A stretch of 64,000 nucleotides of DNA, from NCBI GenBank assembly GCA_022868165.1, contig JALHYA010000004.1, positions 83,432 through 147,431 of the forward strand, given 5' to 3'. The position numbers were made by a program, and so were the translations under genes. Source of the DNA: Patescibacteria group bacterium (GTDB lineage Bacteria; Patescibacteriota; Microgenomatia; UBA8517). Each line of letters starts with the position of its first letter. The stretch's first letter is position 1. The notes beneath the pieces are model-generated. The model had not been told where the DNA came from and did no database searches. It saw only the letters and a program-made list of their open reading frames with translations. Below, piece by piece: positions 17,955 through 26,384 of the stretch.

Positions 17955-17980
17955 TAGTCTAATCTCTAGCTTCCAACCTC
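17955..17980. repeat. Copy of a dispersed ~20-nt intergenic motif (TCTAATCTCTAGCTTCCAAC) in the nusA-infB spacer
   Basis: 19/20 identical to 5447-5466 (TCTAATCTCTAACTTCCAAC). Its reverse complement (TTGGAAGYTAGAGATTAGA) is also found in the rpsO-pnp spacer. Confidence 0.5.
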
Positions 17981-17989
17981 TACCTTCGA

Positions 17990-19420
17990 TTGGTAAATAT
18001 GAAGACTATTATATCTAAAATGCAAACAACACAGACAAGGCCGCCTATTGTTACAGTACTAGGACACGTAGACCACGGTAAAACAACACTGCTTGATGCT
18101 ATTCGAAAGAGCAATGTAGCTTCGAAGGAAGCCGGCGGAATTACACAAAGTATAGGAGCTTCCACTGTTACCACAAAAGAGGGAAAGACAATAACATTTA
18201 TAGATACTCCCGGGCATGCGGCTTTTTCTAAAATGCGCTCAAGAGGTGCAAAAGTGGCTGATTTGGCGCTTCTGGTTGTTGCAGCAGATGATGGGGTAAA
18301 GCCCCAAACAATCGAGGCACTTCAATTGATTAAAGCGGCTAATATACCATTTATAGTAGTAGCTTCCAAGGTGGATTTACCCTCGGCTTCAGTTGAAACA
18401 CTCTATGGGCAGCTTGAGAAGGAACAAGTGTTGTTTGAAAATCGGGGAGGAGCTACTCCTTTGGTTCAGGTATCGGCAAAGAACGGAACAGGAATTGAAG
18501 AAATTCTTGAGATGATTAGCCTTGTGGCCGACCTCGAAGAAATTAAGGCGGATCCTAAAGCGATTCTCGAGGCTGTTGTAATCGAAACCACCAAAAACAC
18601 AAGGGGTCTTTTGACATCGGCGGTTGTTAGAAACGGGACTTTAAAAGTCGGACAAGAAGTGTATTGCGAGGGACTAAGGGCAAAAGTGCGAGGACTTTTT
18701 GATGACAAGGGCCAGAGTGTAAAAGAAATTATCTGCGGGTTTCCCGCTCAAATACTTGGATTTGAAAAATTACCTTCAGTCGGAGCCGTAATTAGCGGTT
18801 CGGAAGCTAGTATGGCACTTCAGGTTGAGGGCAAGAAAGAACTTCAGATTAAGGTAGAAGAAGGCCAGCTTCCGGTTATAGTTAAAGCCAAAAACGCCGG
18901 AAGTTTGGAAGCTATCATTGCGGGATTACCAAAAGATGTTGTGGTTCTTGATTCGGGGGTTGGAGACGTATTTGAATCCGATGTGCTTTTGGCAAGATCC
19001 TCCGGGGCAAAATATATTTTAGCTTTCGAGTCCAAGGCACCTACATCGGTCATGAAGCTGGCCGAAGCCGAAGGGGTAAAAATAGAAGCTTTTCAAATAA
19101 TCTACGAGCTTTTCCAAAAGGTTGAAGAAATTCTTAAGGGCGGGCAAATCGAGATATTGGGTAAGGCCGAAATTGTTGCTTCTTTTCCTTTCAACAACAA
19201 AAAAGTAGCAGGATGTAGGGTTACTCTAGGCAGAATTAATAAAACGGATACTTTAATTGTTCAGCGGGGAGAGAAAGAGTTGGGCAGAGTAAAAATTGTA
19301 TCCCTTAAGAAACAAAAACAAGACATTGCGGAGGCAAAGATAGGCGAGGAATTTGGAGTGATTTTTGCACCGCAACTTGATTTTGCTGAAGGCGATGTGA
19401 TAGTATCGGTGCGAAAGTAA
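17990..19420 (+). CDS. infB: Translation initiation factor IF-2 (short form lacking N-terminal domains)
   Basis: G-domain right at the N-terminus ([19 protein letters not shown]...DTPGHAAF...SKVDL), domain II beta-barrel, and the C-terminal fMet-tRNA-binding domain. 476 aa. Confidence 0.9.
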   Translation: MVNMKTIISKMQTTQTRPPIVTVLGHVDHGKTTLLDAIRKSNVASKEAGGITQSIGASTVTTKEGKTITFIDTPGHAAFSKMRSRGAKVADLALLVVAADDGVKPQTIEALQLIKAANIPFIVVASKVDLPSASVETLYGQLEKEQVLFENRGGATPLVQVSAKNGTGIEEILEMISLVADLEEIKADPKAILEAVVIETTKNTRGLLTSAVVRNGTLKVGQEVYCEGLRAKVRGLFDDKGQSVKEIICGFPAQILGFEKLPSVGAVISGSEASMALQVEGKKELQIKVEEGQLPVIVKAKNAGSLEAIIAGLPKDVVVLDSGVGDVFESDVLLARSSGAKYILAFESKAPTSVMKLAEAEGVKIEAFQIIYELFQKVEEILKGGQIEILGKAEIVASFPFNNKKVAGCRVTLGRINKTDTLIVQRGEKELGRVKIVSLKKQKQDIAEAKIGEEFGVIFAPQLDFAEGDVIVSVRK

Positions 19421-19424
19421 AACA

Positions 19425-20270
19425 GTGGAAAATTCATTTAAATCTTTAATTGATTCTGCCTCATCAATATTAATTCTTCTGCCTTCCAAACCTTACTTCG
19501 ACCAGGTAGCGGCAGGGCTTTCTCTTTATCTGTCCCTAATGGGGCAAAAGAATGTCAACATTTCCTGTCCTTCTCCGATGTTGGTTGAGTTTAATAGGCT
19601 GGTTGGAGTAAATAAAATTGTTACGGAGACAGGGAACAAGAATTTGACTTTAAAATTTTCCGATTACCCGGCCGATAATATAGAAAAAGTCAGTTACGAT
19701 ATTGAAAACGGTGAGTTTAAGCTTATGGTTGTACCAAAGCCGGGTTTTACTTCACCAAAAAAGGAGCAGATTGATCTTAACTATTCGGGAGTTTCGGCAG
19801 ACACGGTAATTCTTGTGGGCGGAGCCAACGAGTCACACTTTCCCAATCTAAGCACTAAAGATTTTGAGGCAGCAAAATTAATCCACATAGGCGTCAGAGG
19901 GCTTTCTCTTGGAAACAAACAAATTATGTCATTTGCCAAACCGGCCTCCTCGGCCTCGGAGCTGGTTGCCACTTTAATTAAACAAAGCGGTTATAGCCTC
20001 GATGCGGATATCGCCACAAACCTAGTGATGGGGATAGAAGAAGGAAGTAACCGTTTTACAAACTCCGATGTTACTGCGGAAACCTTCGAAATTTTTGCAC
20101 AGTTATTGAAAGCTGGAGGCCAAAGACTTCCAACACAAAAAGTCGAGAGGGCTCCCTTCCCGCAAGGAGCAATTCCCGGAGAGGAAATAAAACTTGAGAA
20201 AGTTGAGAAGAAGGAAGCACCGAAAGACTGGCTGGAGCCAAAAATCTTCAAAGGTACCTCGGTAAGTTAA
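19425..20270 (+). CDS. Degenerate DHH-family (NrnA-like) protein lacking the catalytic motifs and the DHHA1 domain
   Basis: Aligns with the NrnA DHH domain (SILILLPSKPYFDQVAAGLSLYLSL; ADTVILVGGANE; LIHIGVRG in place of the IDHH motif; GIEEGSNRF in place of GDTGRF). No DHHA1/GGGH domain; Lys/Glu-rich C-terminus. Occupies the slot where rbfA/DHH/truB usually lie between infB and rpsO. Confidence 0.45.
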   Translation: MENSFKSLIDSASSILILLPSKPYFDQVAAGLSLYLSLMGQKNVNISCPSPMLVEFNRLVGVNKIVTETGNKNLTLKFSDYPADNIEKVSYDIENGEFKLMVVPKPGFTSPKKEQIDLNYSGVSADTVILVGGANESHFPNLSTKDFEAAKLIHIGVRGLSLGNKQIMSFAKPASSASELVATLIKQSGYSLDADIATNLVMGIEEGSNRFTNSDVTAETFEIFAQLLKAGGQRLPTQKVERAPFPQGAIPGEEIKLEKVEKKEAPKDWLEPKIFKGTSVS

Positions 20271-20358
20271 TATTGTTTTGTCAATATTTGTGTGTTATTA
20301 TACCCAAGATGTAGACAAGGTTTTTCGATGAAACGAATTACTTTGTTTAACACGACTT

Positions 20359-20628
20359 ATGGCATTAGAATCAGAAGAGAAGATTGATATAATCAAAAAG
20401 TTTGCCCGCGAAAAAGGCGACACAGGTTCTCCTGAAGTACAAATCGCCCTTCTTTCAGCTCAAATCGACAAACTTGTTGCGCATTTGAAGGAACATAATA
20501 AAGATGTTCATTCAAGGCGCGGGCTTCTTAGTATGGTTGCCAAAAGAAGAAGGCTTTTGACCTATCTTCACAAACGTGATGAGGAACGCTACAAGAAATT
20601 GATTTCAGAATTGAAACTTGAAAAATAA
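20359..20628 (+). CDS. rpsO: 30S ribosomal protein S15
   Basis: ...[47 protein letters not shown]... Confidence 0.9.
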   Translation: MALESEEKIDIIKKFAREKGDTGSPEVQIALLSAQIDKLVAHLKEHNKDVHSRRGLLSMVAKRRRLLTYLHKRDEERYKKLISELKLEK

Positions 20629-20635
20629 GGAGAGG

Positions 20636-20680
20636 GGAAGTTAGAATTTAGAAGCTAGAAAAGAAATTGGAAGTTAGAAA
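20636..20680. repeat. Two tandem copies of the dispersed intergenic motif (GGAAGTTAGA-ATTTAGAAGCTAGA ... TTGGAAGTTAGA) in the rpsO-pnp spacer
   Basis: GGGAAGTTAGAATTTAGAAGCTAGAA is 21/23 identical to the reverse complement of 5441-5463 (GGAAGTTAGAGATTAGAAGCTGG). Confidence 0.5.
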
Positions 20681-20713
20681 GATCTCAAATCAAACTTCAA
20701 AATCTAGCTTCTA
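20649..20713 (+). promoter_or_regulatory. Long-range hairpin in the rpsO-pnp intergenic leader (11-bp perfect stem TAGAAGCTAGA / TCTAGCTTCTA, 43-nt loop)
   Basis: Seen in sequence. This is the same position as the RNase III-processed pnp leader hairpin known from E. coli. The right arm is an inverted partial copy of the dispersed motif. Confidence 0.45.
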
Positions 20714-20742
20714 GCATCAAACATCTCACTTCAAAGAATCTA

Positions 20743-22989
20743 ATGAAGAAAACAGAAAAAAGTATCGAGTTAGGAGGAAGAAAATTAACCCTTCAAACTG
20801 GAATTTTAGCCCAACAGGCTTCCGGCGCCGTTGTGGCCACCTATGGAGAAACCGTTGTCTTGGCAACGGTTGTTGCGTCTCCCATGAAGGTGGATCCCGG
20901 ATATTTCCCACTCTTTGTTGAGTATCAAGAAAGGTTATATGCCGGAGGAAGAATAAAAGGTAGCCGTTGGGTTAAGCGTGAAGGCCGTCCGACAGACGAG
21001 GAAATTCTTTCGGCCAGATTGATAGACAGGTCGGTTCGCCCTCTTTTTCTTGAGAACTACAAAAAAGACGTACAGGTAATGATTACAGTTCTTTCGGTTG
21101 ATATTGAAAATGACCCTTCAATTCTTTCGGCAATTGCAGCTTCTGCGGCCATTGCAATCTCCCCCATTCCCTGGAAGGGACCGGTGGGAACCATAAGAGT
21201 CGGCAAAAAAGACGGAACTTATTTTACAAACCCATTGGATTCGGAACAAGCCTTTTCGGAGATGGATTTGGTTGTTTCATCCACAAAAGATGCGGTTTTG
21301 ATGGTTGAGGCCGGAGCCAAAGAAGTTGGCGAAGAAGATATTTTGGCTGGAATTAAATACGCCCAAGACGAGACGAAGAAGGTTATAGAGGCAATTGAAG
21401 ATTTGGCCAAAGAAGTCGGTGTTAAAAAAGAACCGGCTCCCGAGGCAGAAGTTAATGCGGGAGTTAAGTCTAAGGTCAAGAAGTTGCTTGACGGAAGGGA
21501 AGACAAGTTAATCGAAAGCATGGCTGCCCATGAAGGTGGTCTAATTGAGCTTGATGAAATAAAGGCGGCCATTTCACAAGAGCTTGCGGAAGAAAATCCC
21601 CAAGTTATATCTACCGCAATAGAGAAGATTCTCAAAGAAAAAGCCCGAGAAATCACAATTAAAGGAAAGAGAGTCGATGGAAGAAAGACCGATGAAATAA
21701 GACCGCTTTCGAGTCAAGTTGGAGTATTACCAAGAACACACGGAAGCGCAATTTTCCAAAGAGGTCAAACCCAGGTATTGACTGTAACAACTCTTGGTGC
21801 CCCGTCTATGGAACAGCTTCTGGAAAGCGCCGAAGGCGAAGAATCTAAGCGCTATATCCACCATTATTCAATGCCTCCTTATTCAACCGGCCAGACTGGC
21901 AGGGTGGGCTATCCTTCAAGGCGGGAAATTGGACACGGAGCGTTAGCCGAAAAAGCTCTCGAGCCGTTGCTTCCTTCCGACGAAAAGTTTCCTTATACAA
22001 TTAGGGTAGTTTCCGAAGTAACCAGCTCAAACGGGTCGACCTCTATGGCTTCGGTTTGCGGCTCAACGCTTTCTCTTATGGATGCAGGAGTTCCCATAAC
22101 AGCCCCTGTTTCCGGAATAGCAATGGGATTGGTTATAGAGGATGCAAAGAAATTCGTAGTTTTGTCGGACATTATGGGTATGGAAGATTATATGGTCGGC
22201 GATATGGATTTTAAGGTTGCCGGAACCAAAAAAGGAATCACCGCACTTCAACTCGATGTCAAAACCCTAAATCTCAATCTTGATATTCTTGAAAAGGCCT
22301 TGGCCCAAGCAAAAGTTGGACGCGCACTTATCCTCAAATCAATTCTAGAGACATTAGAAGAGCCGAGAAAGAATGTTTCTGCATACGCGCCGAAGATTAA
22401 AGTTTTGAAAGTATCCCCCGAGAAAATTGGAGGGGTTATTGGACCAGGGGGCAGGATGATAAAAAAGATTATTGCAGAGACCGGTGCGGAAGTTGATATC
22501 GAAGATGACGGGAGTGTAAATATCTCTGCTACTACAGAAGAAGCGGTAAATAAAGCAACTGAAATGGTAGAAGCTTTGACAAAGGAAGTTGTTGCGGGTG
22601 AGATTTATGAGGGAGTTGTTAAAAGAATTCAGCCGTTTGGAGCTTTTGTTGAGATTTTGCCGGGGAAGGATGGACTAGTTCATGTTTCCGATATGTCGGA
22701 GGAATTTGTCAAAAATCCCGAGGATGTGGTCAAAATCGGCGGCAAAGTTCAAGTTAGAGTCAAGGAGATTGATGACCTTGGAAGAATCAATCTTTCAATG
22801 GTAATGAATCCGGAATTTGACAAAAAGAAAGCAGAAAGAGGAGGATTTCAGAGGGGTGGAAGACCCCAACAGAGTAGAGGTTTTGGCGGTGGCGGAAGAA
22901 GATTTGACTCAAGGGCTGGTGGTCGACCGTCGGGACCTCATTTTCCGACAAGCCGATTCTTAGGTCCCAAGAAGGACTTCAATAGGTAA
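20743..22989 (+). CDS. pnp: Polyribonucleotide nucleotidyltransferase (PNPase)
   Basis: Two RNase PH-like domains, KH, S1, Gly/Arg-rich tail. ...GSMPPYSTGQTGRVG... and ...SNGSTSMASVCGSTLSLMDAGVPI.... Confidence 0.95.
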   Translation: MKKTEKSIELGGRKLTLQTGILAQQASGAVVATYGETVVLATVVASPMKVDPGYFPLFVEYQERLYAGGRIKGSRWVKREGRPTDEEILSARLIDRSVRPLFLENYKKDVQVMITVLSVDIENDPSILSAIAASAAIAISPIPWKGPVGTIRVGKKDGTYFTNPLDSEQAFSEMDLVVSSTKDAVLMVEAGAKEVGEEDILAGIKYAQDETKKVIEAIEDLAKEVGVKKEPAPEAEVNAGVKSKVKKLLDGREDKLIESMAAHEGGLIELDEIKAAISQELAEENPQVISTAIEKILKEKAREITIKGKRVDGRKTDEIRPLSSQVGVLPRTHGSAIFQRGQTQVLTVTTLGAPSMEQLLESAEGEESKRYIHHYSMPPYSTGQTGRVGYPSRREIGHGALAEKALEPLLPSDEKFPYTIRVVSEVTSSNGSTSMASVCGSTLSLMDAGVPITAPVSGIAMGLVIEDAKKFVVLSDIMGMEDYMVGDMDFKVAGTKKGITALQLDVKTLNLNLDILEKALAQAKVGRALILKSILETLEEPRKNVSAYAPKIKVLKVSPEKIGGVIGPGGRMIKKIIAETGAEVDIEDDGSVNISATTEEAVNKATEMVEALTKEVVAGEIYEGVVKRIQPFGAFVEILPGKDGLVHVSDMSEEFVKNPEDVVKIGGKVQVRVKEIDDLGRINLSMVMNPEFDKKKAERGGFQRGGRPQQSRGFGGGGRRFDSRAGGRPSGPHFPTSRFLGPKKDFNR

Positions 22990-23019
22990 CCAGGCCGTGC
23001 TAATCTGATATAGATATTT

Positions 23020-24066
23020 ATGGATGCTGCCTCTGCCGAAATTAGTTCATTAGAACAAAAAGTTAAAACCGCAAATATTCCCGATAAGCTCAGGGAAATT
23101 GTAGAAGTTAGACTTGAGCAGTTAACAAAGCTGACAAACTCTCCCACTTTCCTTCCGGAGTTTGACACGATAAGCCGTTATATCGATTGGATAACAACTC
23201 TTCCATGGAACATGCGAACTCAGGACAATTTGGACTTGGAAAACGCCAAGAAGATTTTGGACAAGAACCATTACGGTCTCGCCGATATTAAAATTAGGAT
23301 CTTGGAATATATTTCTGTGATGAAACTAAAGCAAGAGAAAGGAGAAGGGCAAGATATTTACAGAGCTCCAATACTTTGCTTTGTCGGCTTGGTCGGAACG
23401 GGTAAGACTACCATTGCTTTCTCCATAGCCGAGGCTTTGGGCAGAAAGTTTGCCAGGATTCCTTTCGGCGGAATGGGCGACCCGTTGGATTTAAGGGGCC
23501 AGTCGCGAATGCATCCCGAGGCCGAGCCGGGAAAAATAATTAAATCCCTAAAAACCACGCAAAGCAAAAATTCGGTTATCCTTTTGGATGAAATCGACAG
23601 GGTAACGGATATGGGAAGAGCTTCAATAATGGGAGTTTTGGTTGAACTACTGGATCCCGAGCAAAATCACGAATTTATCGATCACTATATCGACTATCCT
23701 TTTTACCTTTCCGAAGCTCTTTTTATTGCTACCGCAAACAATACAACAAATATTTCAACAGCCGTTTTGGATAGGTTGGAGCCTATCGCCATGCCTTCAT
23801 ATTCGGATACCGAAAAAATCGCAATTGGCTCAAGATATGTTTTTCCCAGGGCGCAAGTTCAAGCGGGGATACCACAGGGAGCATTGACGATTGACGAAGA
23901 CGTTTGGCCGTTTATTGTAAGACCTTTAGGATACGATGCAGGTATAAGGACGCTGGAGCGTACAATCGAAGGTATTGTTAGAAAAGTTGCCATGATGATG
24001 GTAGAAGGCAAGGGCAAATCCTTCAGAATTACCCAAGCCAATGTAAAAGAATTTTTGCCCCAGTAA
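23020..24066 (+). CDS. Lon-like AAA+ ATPase module without LON N-domain and without S16 protease domain
   Basis: YIDWITTLPW..LDLENAKKILDKNHYGLADIKIRILEY (Lon pre-AAA helical region). Walker A GLVGTGKTT, Walker B VILLDEIDR, sensor-1 FIATANN, sensor-2/Arg in DAGIRTLER. The ORF ends cleanly after ...VKEFLPQ with TAA, abutting the UDG start. No serine-protease domain. Confidence 0.7.
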   Translation: MDAASAEISSLEQKVKTANIPDKLREIVEVRLEQLTKLTNSPTFLPEFDTISRYIDWITTLPWNMRTQDNLDLENAKKILDKNHYGLADIKIRILEYISVMKLKQEKGEGQDIYRAPILCFVGLVGTGKTTIAFSIAEALGRKFARIPFGGMGDPLDLRGQSRMHPEAEPGKIIKSLKTTQSKNSVILLDEIDRVTDMGRASIMGVLVELLDPEQNHEFIDHYIDYPFYLSEALFIATANNTTNISTAVLDRLEPIAMPSYSDTEKIAIGSRYVFPRAQVQAGIPQGALTIDEDVWPFIVRPLGYDAGIRTLERTIEGIVRKVAMMMVEGKGKSFRITQANVKEFLPQ

Positions 24067-24068
24067 AG

Positions 24069-24692
24069 ATGACGAGAGAAGAAAAACAGAAATTGCTCGA
24101 CGATTTAAAAGAAAAGATGCTCCACGACGAAAGTCTTCCTTTAAAGCATGGCGCGACCAATTTGGTTTTCGGAGAAGGTAACCCGGAGGCACAAATCTTC
24201 TTTTTAGGCGAAGGACCGGGATACTGGGAAGATATTAAAGGAAGGCCCTTTGTAGGGAATGCCGGGGCGCTTCTAAATCAGTTGCTTTATTCGATTGAAT
24301 TGCCCAGGGAGGAAGTATTCATAACGAATGTTGTTTGTTTTCGGCCTCCCAACAATAGGGATCCGGAGCCGGCAGAAATTGAGGCTTTTCAAAAATATAT
24401 TGATGAAATGATAAAAATAATCGGGCCAAAAGTTATTGTAACTTTGGGCAGGTTTTCTATGGGAAAGTTTTTGTCCGGCGCAAGAATTAGTTCTGTCCAT
24501 GGCAAAACTTTCAGAGTAAACTGGAAAGTAAGCGAGATTACTGTGGTTCCCATGTACCATCCCGCTGCCGCACTAAGAAACGGGGAGGTAATGGCGCAGA
24601 TTAAGGCAGACTTTTTGAAGCTGCCGGAGGTGTTAAAGGAAGTTGAAAACTCGGATGAGAAATTATCCTCCGAGCAAATGAGTTTGGTATGA
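24069..24692 (+). CDS. Uracil-DNA glycosylase, family 4
   Basis: ...GATNLVFGEGNPEAQIFFLGEGPGYWEDIKGRPFVGNAGALLNQLL...FITNVVCFRPPNNRDP...MYHPAAALRN (GEGPG and HPS/A motifs of UDG family 4). Confidence 0.8.
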   Translation: MTREEKQKLLDDLKEKMLHDESLPLKHGATNLVFGEGNPEAQIFFLGEGPGYWEDIKGRPFVGNAGALLNQLLYSIELPREEVFITNVVCFRPPNNRDPEPAEIEAFQKYIDEMIKIIGPKVIVTLGRFSMGKFLSGARISSVHGKTFRVNWKVSEITVVPMYHPAAALRNGEVMAQIKADFLKLPEVLKEVENSDEKLSSEQMSLV

Positions 24693-26353
24693 AAGACAAA
24701 CAAACCGCTCTAAAATTTATTGCGCTCTCCGGAACAACGGGAGTGACGGAAAATTTTTATATTTATGAATACGGCGACGATATGATTGTCGTCGATTGTG
24801 GCGTGGGATTCCCCGAGCCCGAAATGTTCGGAGTTGATTTGGTTATTCCGGATTTTACCTATGTAAAAAATAATGCCAGGAAGCTTCGGGGAATTTTGAT
24901 TTCGCATGGACATGAAGACCACTTGGGAGCTTTACCGTTTCTTATGAAGCAGGTAAGAGCTCCAATTTATGCTTCGAAATTGGTAGCAGGTTTAATCAGG
25001 GATAAATTTGTGGATTACGACGCAAAAGTAGACAACCTACAGGTTTTCGACCCGGAAAAAGATATTTTATCGCTTGGAGTTTTTAGGGTTACACCGTTTA
25101 GAGTTTCCCACTCAATTCCGGACGCAGTAGGTTTTTGTATAGATACACCCGAAGGAAAAGTGTTCCATGTTCCGGATTATAAATTCGACTGGACGCCGGT
25201 TGACGACCGTCCGTTTGATATAGCAAAAGCTGCAATCTTGGCATCCAACGATACTTTGGCATTGGCCTCGGACTGTATAGGGGCAACCTCTCCGGGATAT
25301 ACGGAAAGCGAAGCTGCGATAGAAGGAAGAATTGAGGAAATTGTCAGAAAAGCCGTGGGCCAAATTTTCTTTACCACAATTTCCTCAAATATTTCCAGAA
25401 TGCAGCAGGCTCTAAATGTAGCATTAAGGCTTGGCAGAAAAGCAGTTTTTATCGGCCGCTCGATTGATAGAAAGTCCGCGATTGCCAAGGAGCTGGGATA
25501 TCTGCATTATCCGGAAGATTTGGTAATTTCTTCAAAGAAGATAGGCAAAATGCCGAAAAATAAACTTATGTACATTATCTCCGGCAGCTATGGTCAGCCG
25601 GGTAGCGCTCTCTATCGTTTGGCTATGGGAGAACACGAATTTTTGAAGTTAAGTCAGGAAGACGTGGTTGTTTTCTCTTCCGACCCGGCGCCTCCCGGTT
25701 CGAAAGCAAACGTAGATTCTGTTGTGGACAAGCTTATTGAATCCAACGCCGATGTTCATTATTACGACATGCAGGAAGATTTGCATGTTTCCGGCCACGG
25801 AAGCATGAAAGATATAGAAATGTTATTTGCCGTCATTAAACCAAAATATTTTATCCCAATAGGGGGAACAATAAGGCACATGAGGGCATACAGTTTGATA
25901 GCCCAGTCGATGGGAGCAACACCCGAAAGGGTTTTCAAGCTTCTTCCTGGACAAGTTGTTGAATATAAAAACGGCAGTGCGCGGCTGGCCGGGAAAGTTC
26001 AAGTCAAAGATGTCTTGGTTGACGGTCTTGGAATAGGAGACGTAGGAAATGTTGTTTTGAGAGATAGACACATACTTGCCAAGGACGGAATTGCGATAGC
26101 TCTTTTGCAGTTTGATAGGAATGAAGGCAGGTTATTAAGCGAGCCGGATATTTTAAGTAGAGGTTTCGTTTATGAAGCTAAAGGAAAAGATTTTCTGAAT
26201 AAAGCATCCAGGTCTCTTAGACAGGAATTGGATAAACACGGAAAAATCGATGCCAAAAGAACAAGAGATATTTCTATAGACTTTCTTGAAAGATTCTTCT
26301 TTACGGAGATTGGCCGAAGACCAATGGTACTACCTGTAGTGGTAGAGGTCTAA
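24689..26353 (+). CDS. rnj: Ribonuclease J (metallo-beta-lactamase / beta-CASP RNase)
   Basis: ...ILISHGHEDHLGALPFL... MBL motif HxHxDH, beta-CASP region, C-terminal domain. 554 aa. Confidence 0.85.
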   Translation: MKDKQTALKFIALSGTTGVTENFYIYEYGDDMIVVDCGVGFPEPEMFGVDLVIPDFTYVKNNARKLRGILISHGHEDHLGALPFLMKQVRAPIYASKLVAGLIRDKFVDYDAKVDNLQVFDPEKDILSLGVFRVTPFRVSHSIPDAVGFCIDTPEGKVFHVPDYKFDWTPVDDRPFDIAKAAILASNDTLALASDCIGATSPGYTESEAAIEGRIEEIVRKAVGQIFFTTISSNISRMQQALNVALRLGRKAVFIGRSIDRKSAIAKELGYLHYPEDLVISSKKIGKMPKNKLMYIISGSYGQPGSALYRLAMGEHEFLKLSQEDVVVFSSDPAPPGSKANVDSVVDKLIESNADVHYYDMQEDLHVSGHGSMKDIEMLFAVIKPKYFIPIGGTIRHMRAYSLIAQSMGATPERVFKLLPGQVVEYKNGSARLAGKVQVKDVLVDGLGIGDVGNVVLRDRHILAKDGIAIALLQFDRNEGRLLSEPDILSRGFVYEAKGKDFLNKASRSLRQELDKHGKIDAKRTRDISIDFLERFFFTEIGRRPMVLPVVVEV

Positions 26354-26384
26354 TATTGTGCTTCTTGTATAATGTAGTTAAGCC

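Noticed and set aside
23020-24066. Considered calling the Lon-like gene a pseudogene (truncated lon)
   Set aside because: The ORF is intact with all AAA+ motifs conserved, terminates with a clean stop abutting the next gene's start, and shows no frameshifted protease-domain remnants in adjacent frames. It is treated as a stand-alone ATPase pending a genome-wide search.
26354-26384. Possible ftsK promoter (cttgTATAATg)
   Set aside because: There is a -10-like hexamer but no acceptable -35 at 16-18 nt, and the TG is directly adjacent rather than in the extended -10 geometry. Too weak to report as a feature.
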